Positions 20,101 to 29,015 of a DNA stretch of 64,000 nucleotides are shown here, piece after piece. Each line of letters begins with the position of its first letter. Position 1 is the first letter of the stretch. Below the pieces are notes generated by a model, which was given only the letters and a program-made list of their open reading frames with translations, did no database searches and was not told the DNA's origin. Both the position numbers and the translations under genes were made by a program. The stretch comes from Promethearchaeota archaeon (GTDB lineage: Archaea; Asgardarchaeota; Lokiarchaeia; Sigyniarchaeales; SOKP01), in contig JAEOSU010000072.1 in assembly GCA_016840165.1 (NCBI GenBank), forward strand, positions 192,001 to 256,000, written 5' to 3'.

Positions 20101-21228
20101 AAAGCAATAAATTTTTACAAAGAGAGTGAAAAAATCTTTGCAGAAATCAATTGGTTAGAAGGAATAAAGATGATAAATGAATCTATAGAGATTATAAAAA
20201 GAAAAAGGGAGAAATATGAGCAAGAACAAAGATATCTTATAGAACGGGAAGAAGAAAGAAAAAAATTAGAATCAGAAATCAAACAACAAATATCTAAAGC
20301 TCAAGATCTTAAAAAAATGCAAGAAGAACAACGAAGGCAAGAATTCTTAGAGCTTCAGAAAGAAAAGGAACGAGAAAAGCAAATAGCAGATCAAGCATAC
20401 AAATTGCTCGAAGAGGGCACTAAATTGAAAAATAAGAAAAAATTTGAAGAAGCTTATGAAAAGTATATCATGGGAAGAGATCTCTTTAATAAACTTGATT
20501 GGCAACATGAAGTAAGTCGTATTAATAATGATTTACTTTTCATACTTAAAAAAGAAATGAAACAAGCTGAAAAGATTAAAAAAAATCAGGAAAAAAAGGA
20601 AGAAGAACAAAAAGAATTAGAAGTACTATTGAAAGAAGCAGACTTAAAGCAGCAGGAATTAGAACGAATTAAGAAAGAAGAGAAAAGAAAACAACGTGGA
20701 AAAATAATTGAAGAGGAGATGGAAGATGCAAATTTTATAATAAAGGACCTTAAATATAATGAGGCAATCTTAAAATTCAAACGTGTGATAAGAAAATTAG
20801 AAAAAATGGGAAATGAAAAATTGATCAAACAGATAAAAAACAAAATAGATATCTTAGAAAATGCGAGTCAAATTCCTCTTATAGCGATTGAAGATATTGA
20901 AAAAAGTGAGTATCGCAACCAATATAAATTTGCATTTAGAGCATTAGATAAAGCTCAACTATCAATTTCAAAAAACTTGTTTATGAGAGCAATTTCAGAA
21001 TTAAGTGAAGCCATCTATAATTTAGAAGAAACGAAACTTGGAGATAAATATATTCCATTACTTGAAGAAAAAATCAATATATATAAAAAAGAACTGGGAA
21101 TAGAAGAGAGTATTAAGCCAGAAAAGAAAGAACCTGTAGTCAAAACAAGTGAAGATGATTTGAGGGCAAAGATCGCCGCACGAAGAGCAGAGAGACGAAA
21201 AAAAATCAGAGAGTTGATGGAAGAATAA
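17140..21228 (+). CDS. Large helical-repeat (TPR/MIT-like) protein with charged coiled-coil or single-helix linkers
   Basis: 1362 aa; about ten repeats ending in GW/NW/DW-like motifs, separated by E/K/R-rich helices. Confidence 0.85.
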   Translation: MEEKNNKKEDNDGPDITKDAFFSDMEDMEEEIASEALSIVEHALSLIQSNFFDDAIEIMRQAIGLYEQIDREAEINALKKKIADIYIMKEQTFKKEESKEILDMSTESMKVISPKDSAELYANILKLIENAKRLISSNQFDKALDNFDEAILISQQLNDEPKVEEINKYIEDCYNKKAQFLREKRKKEEVKVERQLTPEELKAKKLREFEEAKEREEGISNEAFDKIGKASDFAKIHQYDEAIALYLEGISLFDQIGWNNESKKIRDTISYIEKQKEKHIQEIERVKAQEKQREILEQQKAKEFVELTENKEERITKTKAEKIARIEAKRQEELLFQNNISGMIDEAEKLARQYDIDMKKAIKKGELIEECIYPEVIEIYEEVRNRVNEKGWKDQVAIYSTQIEKYKELLERDNKIREIEQEKARKQKEFEDLLRVQKPDVFNASQATQIPEVKKEWSEQGAQIKEQIEFLANKAERMAREYESQFKKAIKEGDLTLESKYPNIINIYSKIIAMAHEKGLSEEVAIYNTHITKYRDLLERENKLKEIEKRKLEEKKIFEDFQKIKKIDETETEVREKVYQAQAKAEKEEGEIQLEHEIDDLVSKAERMAREYEVGIKKGNFDLECPYQQIIEIYDEIRSKVYASGWQGEAEVYKNQIKIYQEKLQNDIKLRELEEEKHKKQLLYEEAMKASQKDESGKYIALKMKEEEQDQTDIIFNQAMDLINKTENEVKSYELSLKKEILTISSPYEKAIKNYENARKLLLQIGWKDEALKLNDTISLYKQKKARDDNLRKIETEKLKKETVKVQKLRETVKKEIFIEEEKRIELQKLKQEKSKEADFVFELINRAEKMAQEYEIKKKDDILSIKSPYQEIINTYKVAQEKFKEIGWTEQASQLVNTINYYMQKMDADERLRYLEHKRIREEEAEMKKMKIESKLAKEAEEDLKKQKVKALEIKRIQQLEYEAKKDQAFTFMDLAKKELTQNHFDKAINFYKESEKIFAEINWLEGIKMINESIEIIKRKREKYEQEQRYLIEREEERKKLESEIKQQISKAQDLKKMQEEQRRQEFLELQKEKEREKQIADQAYKLLEEGTKLKNKKKFEEAYEKYIMGRDLFNKLDWQHEVSRINNDLLFILKKEMKQAEKIKKNQEKKEEEQKELEVLLKEADLKQQELERIKKEEKRKQRGKIIEEEMEDANFIIKDLKYNEAILKFKRVIRKLEKMGNEKLIKQIKNKIDILENASQIPLIAIEDIEKSEYRNQYKFAFRALDKAQLSISKNLFMRAISELSEAIYNLEETKLGDKYIPLLEEKINIYKKELGIEESIKPEKKEPVVKTSEDDLRAKIAARRAERRKKIRELMEE

Positions 21229-21268
21229 ACTTTTTTTAATTATAAAATAAAAAATAGAAAAGTAAGAT

Positions 21269-21484
21269 TTATATTAATTCTTCAATTTCTTTTACAATTT
21301 CTGACTCTATAATACTTGGATTTATATTCCTTTTAACTGATTCTTCAATTAGATATTCGGTTTTAATAAGATCTCTAATCCCTACTCTAATGGCTTCGCT
21401 ACGATTTGGAAATTTCTCTTCCGCAACTAACATTTCTAAAACTTTTAAATAAGATTCTGGTAAATTAACAGAAATTAGTTTCAT
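21269..21484 (-). CDS. Ribbon-helix-helix regulator, CdrS-like
   Basis: ISVNLP...LEMLV..EKFPNRSEAIR.GIRDL matches the FPNRSEAIR signature of CdrS/CopG-type RHH proteins. Confidence 0.8.
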   Translation of the reverse strand: MKLISVNLPESYLKVLEMLVAEEKFPNRSEAIRVGIRDLIKTEYLIEESVKRNINPSIIESEIVKEIEELI

Positions 21485-21787
21485 AATTTAAAACTCCATA
21501 TATTTTTAGTCATATTATGAGGGTATATATTAACATATAACAGAGGTGATATATAAAGATTTCAATGGAAAATGACCCCAAGTCTTCCGACGGAATTATT
21601 TAGACTCTTCATTACTATTTTTTAACAGACTTTATGAAAAAATTAGACATTTAAGATAATACTATTCACTATCTTACCCCTTCTGCTATTTTATTAAGAA
21701 AATATATCGAAAAATATTTATATATGGTATTATGTGTTACATATAATATATTATATATAAAATATAAAAATTAGAGTAGAGAATATT

Positions 21788-22111
21788 ATGGCTGACATTG
21801 AAGCTCAATTAAGAGAGCATCTAAAAAATGGAAAAGATTGGGAAAAGATGGAAACTCCAGTTGATGGAGTTTCGGTTGTTAAAGTACCTGCTACGAAAAC
21901 AAGACCTGCATTGCTCTTTTTAGAAGTCAATCCTATAAAAGATGATGGAAAGCCTATGAAACGTAAAGGTTTATTTGTAGGATCAAAGGAAATGCTTATA
22001 AAGTTCGGAGAGGCATTGAATGATGACAAAGTCTTTCAGTTAATCGGAGAGCTTGAAAAAATCAATCCAAAAAACTCAATGAATAGTAGTGCGAAAAAAC
22101 TAAAAATGTAA
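21788..22111 (+). CDS. Archaeal hypothetical protein (107 aa)
   Basis: Clean ORF after a TATA-rich region; T-run after the stop. Confidence 0.75.
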   Translation: MADIEAQLREHLKNGKDWEKMETPVDGVSVVKVPATKTRPALLFLEVNPIKDDGKPMKRKGLFVGSKEMLIKFGEALNDDKVFQLIGELEKINPKNSMNSSAKKLKM

Positions 22112-22282
22112 TTTTTTCTCAATATAATTATTATCCATTATTTTTATTCCCTTAATGTAATGGTTAAGTTGCTTAGTTAAGTAAATTTAAATTCATAAAG
22201 AATTATTTTTTATTATATTAAATGATTAAATATTTAGTTAAATCAGAAAATTAAGTATACCATAAGTTTAAGGAGATATAAT

Positions 22283-22558
22283 ATGGAAGAAGATGGTAAA
22301 CATTGTATCCAATGCGGTGGAGAAACTTTTCGATTGGTACATGATGAATGGATGTCTAGAACTTTTCGCTTCGTTGAGAACGGGCAATTGAAGATGTGTG
22401 ATGGATGTGGAGCAAAATATTTAGTTTGCAAACAATGTGGCTCTTTATTCACTAGAGTTCATCCTGCTTTAGAGGCATGGGAAGTTAATCAAAAATGCCC
22501 CGCATGCGGATATGAAGACCCCGAAGTAAAAGCATGGGATGGCGTTTCAGCCCGATAA
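22283..22558 (+). CDS. Small multi-zinc-ribbon protein
   Basis: Four CxxC pairs (CIQC, CDGC, CKQC, CPAC); AGGAG ribosome-binding site. Confidence 0.8.
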   Translation: MEEDGKHCIQCGGETFRLVHDEWMSRTFRFVENGQLKMCDGCGAKYLVCKQCGSLFTRVHPALEAWEVNQKCPACGYEDPEVKAWDGVSAR

Positions 22559-22791
22559 CATAAAAATCTACACCTCCAATTTCTTTTTTAATAATTAGAC
22601 TTTTGAACATAGATATAAACTTATTCTTTAAATCTTCGCAAAAAAAGGAAGATATTCACCTCTTTCCAGTAAAAATTATATCAAATAATAAATTATTGAA
22701 TAGAATTAAACAAAGATAATTAAGAAAATTTAAATTTTGAGTTAGCAAATAATGTGTTAATAGAAAAATTAATTGATTCTCATGGTAAATC

Positions 22792-23268
22792 ATGAATAAC
22801 GTAAAAATTGAGATTGCATCCCCAGAAAATATCGATTCTTTAATGAATTTAACTAAAGAATTGGTCGAAGGTCTTGGTCAAAGTTTTGAACCAAAAAGAT
22901 TTGATTGGGGAATTCGACGAAGATTATATGATCCTCTACAACGGCACGGCATTTTAATTGCGGTGGATGAAGATAATGAAAATGAGGTAGTAGGTATGAT
23001 TATTGCAGAGCTAAGAATCGATCCTTTTGGCTCTTCTGAAGGATATATAAAACAGGTTTTTCTCAAGGAAAAATATCGAGGAAAAGGGATCGGAGCGCTC
23101 CTACTTAAGAAGGCTATAGAACATTTAAAAAAGATAAAGGTAGAAAAGATAAAAGTTAATATTAAAGAGAAAGCTCAGCAAGCCGCTAATCTTTACTCAA
23201 AAATGAATTTTAAAAAAGTATATGAAGTGTTAGAATTAGATTTATCTAAGAACGCCTCAGATGATTAA
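22792..23268 (+). CDS. GNAT-family N-acetyltransferase
   Basis: YRGKGIG acetyl-CoA motif; A.NLYSKMNF; overlaps the rfcS start. Confidence 0.9.
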   Translation: MNNVKIEIASPENIDSLMNLTKELVEGLGQSFEPKRFDWGIRRRLYDPLQRHGILIAVDEDNENEVVGMIIAELRIDPFGSSEGYIKQVFLKEKYRGKGIGALLLKKAIEHLKKIKVEKIKVNIKEKAQQAANLYSKMNFKKVYEVLELDLSKNASDD

Positions 23269-24247
23269 CGTGGATTACGATGAAGATCGTCCCTGGGTCG
23301 AAAAATACCGGCCTACTTCATTTGCAGAAATTGTAAGTCAAAATTTAGCCATATATAATCTTAAGAATTTCGTAGCTCGCAAAAGTATGCCTCATATGAT
23401 ATTCACTGGTCCTGCGGGTACAGGTAAGACGAGTACAGCATTAATAGTAGCAAAAGCAATTATTAAGGATGAGCTATATCACCGAAATGTTTTAGAATTA
23501 AATGCATCAGATACAGTAAGGATGTCCTATGTGAGAAATGTTATTAAATCATTTGTTGCTCAAAAAATGATTTTAGATGATAATGGTTTAAAGATTATAA
23601 TTTTAGACGAAGCAGATAATATCCCTAATCAGGTTCAACAAGCATTAAGGAGAATTATAGAAAAATACTCCGAGAACGTGAAATTTATCTTACTATGCAA
23701 TTATATTAATAAAATCATAGATCCAATCATATCTAGATGTGCTGTATTCAGATTCATCAATTTATCTAAAGAAAAAGTTATTGAGCGTTTAAAATATATT
23801 GTAGAGAAAGAAAGATTGCAAATCCCTAAAAATGTTGAAGAAAATTTTTATGAAACACTTTTTTTTATTTCGGGAGGAGATTTGAGAAAAGCAATTAATA
23901 CCTTGCAGATGGCTGTAGCGTTGGATCTAATTGAGAACTTAAATCTAAATGAATTATTGCGAATATCAGGTTTCTTAGATAAAACTACTATGACGAATTT
24001 AATTGAGACGGTTAATAAGAGAAATTTTGAGAGTGCTCGACTGCTTATTGAAGAACTGGAAAAAATTGACAGTCGAAATTTAATTCGACAAATAAATGTA
24101 AACCTAGATAAATTCAACATTCAAGAAGCGAGTTATTCCCAAATCCTATCAAACTTTGGGGATATTGACTATAAGATTAGTCAAGGAGCAGATGAAAAAC
24201 TACAACTAATAGCATTATTAGCTATTATTATGCAAAATTCAAATTAA
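23261..24247 (+). CDS. rfcS: Replication factor C small subunit 1
   Basis: PWVEKYRP, GPAGTGKT, LELNASD, ILDEAD, SRC, GGDLRKAIN. Confidence 0.95.
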   Translation: MINVDYDEDRPWVEKYRPTSFAEIVSQNLAIYNLKNFVARKSMPHMIFTGPAGTGKTSTALIVAKAIIKDELYHRNVLELNASDTVRMSYVRNVIKSFVAQKMILDDNGLKIIILDEADNIPNQVQQALRRIIEKYSENVKFILLCNYINKIIDPIISRCAVFRFINLSKEKVIERLKYIVEKERLQIPKNVEENFYETLFFISGGDLRKAINTLQMAVALDLIENLNLNELLRISGFLDKTTMTNLIETVNKRNFESARLLIEELEKIDSRNLIRQINVNLDKFNIQEASYSQILSNFGDIDYKISQGADEKLQLIALLAIIMQNSN

Positions 24248-24273
24248 ATAACCACTAAAATAAGGATTCATAC

Positions 24274-25320
24274 ATGAGCGAAGATATTCCTGTTTGGCGG
24301 ATTAAGTATTTGCCCCAAAAATTAAGTGAAATATGTGGTAGAACTGAACTAGTAGAAAGACTTTATAGGAGTGTAAAAGAAAAGAACTTCCCTCACTTAT
24401 TATTTGTAGGACCAGAAGGTAGTGGAAAAACTACAATCGCAACTCTCTTTTCTCAAGAATTTTTAGGCAAATATTTTAAAAGCAATTTTCAGAAAGTTTA
24501 TGCGGATATGCCATTAACTAGTGAGGAGTTGAAACAAGCTCGCTCTGATGCTTATGTTTCGACAAATAAAATTGGAAGTTTAGCAGGAAAGAAAATTACC
24601 ACTCCAGCCTTCATTCAGGTTAAAATAAAGCCGTTTATCGAATTAAAAGCATTAGGAGATGTCCCTTTCAAAATATTAATCGTGAAAAACTTTGAAGCAT
24701 TAGGTTCGAATCAACAAGCGTTTAGAAGGTTGATGGAGATTTATGGCAAAAATTGTCGGATGATATTAATAACCACAAAAGTATCTGCGATAATTGATCC
24801 AATTATTAGTAGATGTCAGATATTTCTAATCTCACCTCCAAATTATGAGGATTTTAACCATGAGATTCAAAAAATTATAGATCATGAAGATTTAGTGATT
24901 GAAGAGAAAGATATTAAACTAATATATAAAATAACAAATGGCAAGATTGCAGAAGCTATTGACTTATTGCAATTATCAAGCATTCCTGGAGAAAAGATTG
25001 ATGGAACCATGATATATGAAAATATAATCACTTCAAAAACAAATTTAGTTAGAAATCTATTATTAATTTGTTTGAAAGGGGATTTTCCAAAAGCAAGAGA
25101 GCTTTCAAGAAAAATTCAATCTGATTATAAATATTCTTCTCAAGAAGTATTTAATTTGATGTTAAGAGAAATGTTTAAACTCCCCTTAAGTCGTTATGCT
25201 CGAAATCATATTGTTAATTTAATTGCTGACGCTGATTACAGAGCAATTGATGGTTTAGATATAGATATTCAAATATCCAACTTATTAGCCAAATTATGTG
25301 ATTATAGTGAATTTTTATAG
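24274..25320 (+). CDS. rfcS: Replication factor C small subunit 2 (degenerate Walker B)
   Basis: W.IKY.P, GPEGSGKTT, Walker B reads IVKNFE, QQAFRRLME, IIDPIISRC. Confidence 0.85.
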   Translation: MSEDIPVWRIKYLPQKLSEICGRTELVERLYRSVKEKNFPHLLFVGPEGSGKTTIATLFSQEFLGKYFKSNFQKVYADMPLTSEELKQARSDAYVSTNKIGSLAGKKITTPAFIQVKIKPFIELKALGDVPFKILIVKNFEALGSNQQAFRRLMEIYGKNCRMILITTKVSAIIDPIISRCQIFLISPPNYEDFNHEIQKIIDHEDLVIEEKDIKLIYKITNGKIAEAIDLLQLSSIPGEKIDGTMIYENIITSKTNLVRNLLLICLKGDFPKARELSRKIQSDYKYSSQEVFNLMLREMFKLPLSRYARNHIVNLIADADYRAIDGLDIDIQISNLLAKLCDYSEFL

Positions 25321-25329
25321 GTGATAAGA

Positions 25330-26688
25330 ATGAGAGATACAGTAGATCGTCCATGGGTTGAAAGATATCGTCCTCAGTCTATAAAAGATATGGCAATTCC
25401 TCAAGCAAAGGTGAGTGGTCATAGAGTAGCATTAGATGAAGAGTTAAGGATTTTTATAAAAAACTTTTTCAATGAAATCCATAGAATAAATGAAGAAAAT
25501 AAAAAAATTCGAACATATAATAGAAGTGTTGATGAGAAGAAACAAAAGAAAGAATTGACTCTTCCATCTGAAAAAGCAGCGATATTACTGGAAGGACCTC
25601 CTGGAATAGGAAAAACCTCTATTGTATATGCTTTAGCAAATGATTTAAATATGGAGGTTATTGAAACAAATGCCTCTGATACAAGAACTAGGGATGCCCT
25701 AGAATCTAAATTAAAGGAAACAGTGAAATCTAAAGGTATTATGGATTTTATTGTTCAATCTAAGGATAAAATTATTTTAATAGACGAAATTGATGGAATT
25801 TATGGCGTAACTGATAGAGGAGCCGTTCCAACCATATTGGATCTAATTGAGAATACTCAATTCCCGGTCATAATGTGCTCTAATGAATATAAGAGAAATC
25901 TCCAACCTCTATATAACAAGATCACAAAATTTGAAATAAATCCATTATCCCATGATGAAATTCTTAAAATTGTAAAGAGAATCTTAAAGAGGGAAAAGAT
26001 TAATAATTTAACTCCAGATGACTTAAATTTTATAATTGATAAAAATAACGGAGATCTACGAGGTATCATAAATGATCTCCAAGGTATATATCAAGGAGGA
26101 TTAGATGATGATAAAAAAGAAATATTAACTCAACTGCATCGAGATAGCACTGAGGAAATATTCTCACTAATCAGAGAATTATTTCAGGACGCTAAAACAC
26201 TTCAGCAAGCACGAAAAATCACAGATAAATCAGATGTTGATTATAACTTTCTCTATAAATGGATTAACGAGAACTTACCAACTTTCATAAAAAAAAATAA
26301 GGAATTAAAAAACGCATATGAGAATTTATCATTAGCCGATGAAATCTTTGGTCGAATCCGAAAAAATCAATATTGGTCGCTTTTACCCTATTTCTATGAT
26401 CTTTTCTCAGGGGGAGTGGTCTTAGCAAGGAAATATCATCCTGAAAATGAAGGCTTTAGGCGTATAAATTTTCCCCGATTCACTTCAACAGGATTCTTTT
26501 CATTATCTGTTGCAGAGCGATCTTTTGTTGAAAAGGTAAAAGAAAGATATGATATCTCAGAAGTGGAGATTATACAAAATTTTCTACCATTTTTAAGAAA
26601 ACTAACTTCAGATTCAAGGAAGTATCTTAAAATTATTAGTGATTGGTTTGATTTAGATGCAAAGGAAAAGAAATTATTGAAAAAATGA
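25330..26688 (+). CDS. rfcL: Replication factor C large subunit
   Basis: PWVERYRP, GPPGIGKT, IETNASDTR, LIDEIDG, GDLRGIINDLQ, WINEN; ATG at 25330. Confidence 0.92.
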   Translation: MRDTVDRPWVERYRPQSIKDMAIPQAKVSGHRVALDEELRIFIKNFFNEIHRINEENKKIRTYNRSVDEKKQKKELTLPSEKAAILLEGPPGIGKTSIVYALANDLNMEVIETNASDTRTRDALESKLKETVKSKGIMDFIVQSKDKIILIDEIDGIYGVTDRGAVPTILDLIENTQFPVIMCSNEYKRNLQPLYNKITKFEINPLSHDEILKIVKRILKREKINNLTPDDLNFIIDKNNGDLRGIINDLQGIYQGGLDDDKKEILTQLHRDSTEEIFSLIRELFQDAKTLQQARKITDKSDVDYNFLYKWINENLPTFIKKNKELKNAYENLSLADEIFGRIRKNQYWSLLPYFYDLFSGGVVLARKYHPENEGFRRINFPRFTSTGFFSLSVAERSFVEKVKERYDISEVEIIQNFLPFLRKLTSDSRKYLKIISDWFDLDAKEKKLLKK

Positions 26689-26941
26689 TCTACCCATAAA
26701 TTAGTAGTTAAAATATCTAAAATTATATGAGCTTACTTTTATTTATTCATTATTTTATTTGATCCACTATTTATCTTTGCTATTCTCTGCAGCTTTATAA
26801 GTTTGGTTGTTCTAGTAAATATAATCTACAAATAATACTAAATATTTCAAGTTAATTACTATTCAAAATTACCAATTAAATTTATAAATCGATTGCAATT
26901 TCACTATCCTAATAGATTATCAATGAAAATTTATGATTTAG

Positions 26942-27625
26942 ATGTCCGAGCTAGAAGAAAAAGAATTTATTGAAGAACAAGAATCATTTATGAGTTTAAG
27001 ATCGAGATTAACCTTACAAATTGTAGGAGCCGCGTTATTTAGCGCGCTATCTATTGCGATTGGAGCTCTATTGACTCCCACTTTAACAAACTTATTAAGA
27101 ATTCCAGGATGGCAAATTGCAATTTTTGATTTAATTTCTATTGTTTGGGTTACTTGTTTCTTTTTATTTGGAGAAAAAGCAGGAATATTATGCTGCATAA
27201 TTGGAGCCCTTGGTTTAATGCCATTTGATCCTTCAGCTCCAATTGGACCGTTAATGAAGTTAGCAGCTACAGTATCTTTAATAATTGTTCCTATTTTGTT
27301 TTTAAAATTATATAAAAAGGAAGCAGGAATGAGAAAAAGCCAGAAATTGAAAAATAAACGAAATATTATTACTTATGGATTATTAGGTACTGCCCTTCGA
27401 ATCATCGTTATGGTTTTGTTAAACTTATTAGTAGGTTTAACTATTTATTCGCCATTTCTTAATACTATAACACTAGAGTTTTTGGGTCTACCTGGAGTTA
27501 CCGGTATAACGGCAATTATTATTGGAGCTCCGATAATTAATGCTTGGCAAAGTGCAATAGATTTGATAATTCCTTATATGCTTGTTTTTGGAACCAAACT
27601 TGACCAAAAGTATAAAATTTGGTAA
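26942..27625 (+). CDS. ECF transporter S-component-like membrane protein
   Basis: About six TM helices; N-terminal AALFSAL (AxxxA) motif; GPLMK. Confidence 0.65.
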   Translation: MSELEEKEFIEEQESFMSLRSRLTLQIVGAALFSALSIAIGALLTPTLTNLLRIPGWQIAIFDLISIVWVTCFFLFGEKAGILCCIIGALGLMPFDPSAPIGPLMKLAATVSLIIVPILFLKLYKKEAGMRKSQKLKNKRNIITYGLLGTALRIIVMVLLNLLVGLTIYSPFLNTITLEFLGLPGVTGITAIIIGAPIINAWQSAIDLIIPYMLVFGTKLDQKYKIW

Positions 27626-27738
27626 TTATTTTTATTTTTTTCTTTATTACTACCATTATTGATTTATTTTTAATCATAGCTAAAGTTATATTTAAATAGA
27701 TGACAGTTTTTCATAAATCAAAGAAAGTTTTGATTAAT

Positions 27739-29007
27739 ATGAAAATAGATAAAGAAATTCAAGATTTTTTATTAAATGATGCCTTAGAACGATTTTTAAG
27801 GTATGTTAAAATCTGGACTACTTCAGATGAAAGCTCTACTTCGATACCTTCCACTCAAAATCAATTCGAATTAGCGAATATATTAGAACAAGAATTAAGA
27901 AGTCTTGGATTAGATGATGTGATCCAAGATGATTTAGGATTTGTTTATGCTTATATCCCACCAAGTAAAGGTTATGAAGATGTTCAACCTATAGGATTTT
28001 TAGCACATTTGGATACTTCTCCTGCTGTAAGTGGTAAAGATGTACGACCCGTTATTCATAGAAATTATGATGGAAAGGACATTAAATTCCTTCAAAATAA
28101 GGATTTACGATTAACTATTAATGATTCAGCTAATTTAGAGGAATATATTGGTCTAGATATAATAACCTCACAAGGTGATACCTTACTTGGAGCTGATGAT
28201 AAAGCTGGAATTGCTGAAATTATGGCGGCCTGTGCTTGTTGGCAACAATTCTCCAATTTAAAACATGGACCAATTTTTATTTGTTTTTCACCCGATGAAG
28301 AATTAGGGAAATCTGTGATTCTTAAAGCTGATAGGAAAAGATTACCTGATATATGTTATACAATCGACGGGGGGGAAATGGGAGAATTAGAAATAGAATG
28401 TTTTGATGCTTGGCGAGCAACCATTGCTTTTAGAGGGTTGAGTTTTCATACTGGTTATGCAAAAAATAAAATGATAAATGCAGTTCATATTGCATGCAGA
28501 TTTTTTAGTGAATTACCTGAAGCAGAATCTCCAGAACATACCGAAAATAGAGAAGGCTTTTTTCATCTTTCGAAATGTCAAGGAACGGCAGAAGAAGTTT
28601 TAGCCAGTATATTAATAAGAGATTTTGATTTAAAAGAAAACCAAAGAAGGATCGATTTCCTAAAAAACCTGAAAATATTATATGAAATTCGGTATCCTGG
28701 TTTAAAAATTAATCTAAATTTCGAACACCAATACCAGAATATGCAAAAATTTATAAAAAAGAATCCTCTAATAGTTGATCTAGCAAAAAATGCTATTAAA
28801 CTTTCAGGATTAGAACCAAAAATACATATAATTAGAGGAGGCACAGATGGGGCTCAATTAAGTGCAGAAGGAATACTTACACCGAACTTATTCGCAGGAG
28901 GTATGTTAGTTCATTCAAGAAAAGAATATATCCCAACTCTTGCTTTACAGAAAGCTGCTGAAGTTATTCTTTATTTAGCAGAATTATGGACAACAGAAAA
29001 ACTTTAA
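27739..29007 (+). CDS. pepT: Peptidase T (M20B tripeptidase)
   Basis: ERFLRYV, AHLDTSP, LLGADDKAGIAEI, PDEE, IRGGTDG, H.RKEY; start 27700 or 27739. Confidence 0.93.
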   Translation: MKIDKEIQDFLLNDALERFLRYVKIWTTSDESSTSIPSTQNQFELANILEQELRSLGLDDVIQDDLGFVYAYIPPSKGYEDVQPIGFLAHLDTSPAVSGKDVRPVIHRNYDGKDIKFLQNKDLRLTINDSANLEEYIGLDIITSQGDTLLGADDKAGIAEIMAACACWQQFSNLKHGPIFICFSPDEELGKSVILKADRKRLPDICYTIDGGEMGELEIECFDAWRATIAFRGLSFHTGYAKNKMINAVHIACRFFSELPEAESPEHTENREGFFHLSKCQGTAEEVLASILIRDFDLKENQRRIDFLKNLKILYEIRYPGLKINLNFEHQYQNMQKFIKKNPLIVDLAKNAIKLSGLEPKIHIIRGGTDGAQLSAEGILTPNLFAGGMLVHSRKEYIPTLALQKAAEVILYLAELWTTEKL

Positions 29008-29015
29008 AAATATAA

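Noticed and set aside
17140-21228. SMC, myosin or dynein annotation for the 1362-aa protein
   Set aside because: No Walker A/B, hinge or motor domain is visible
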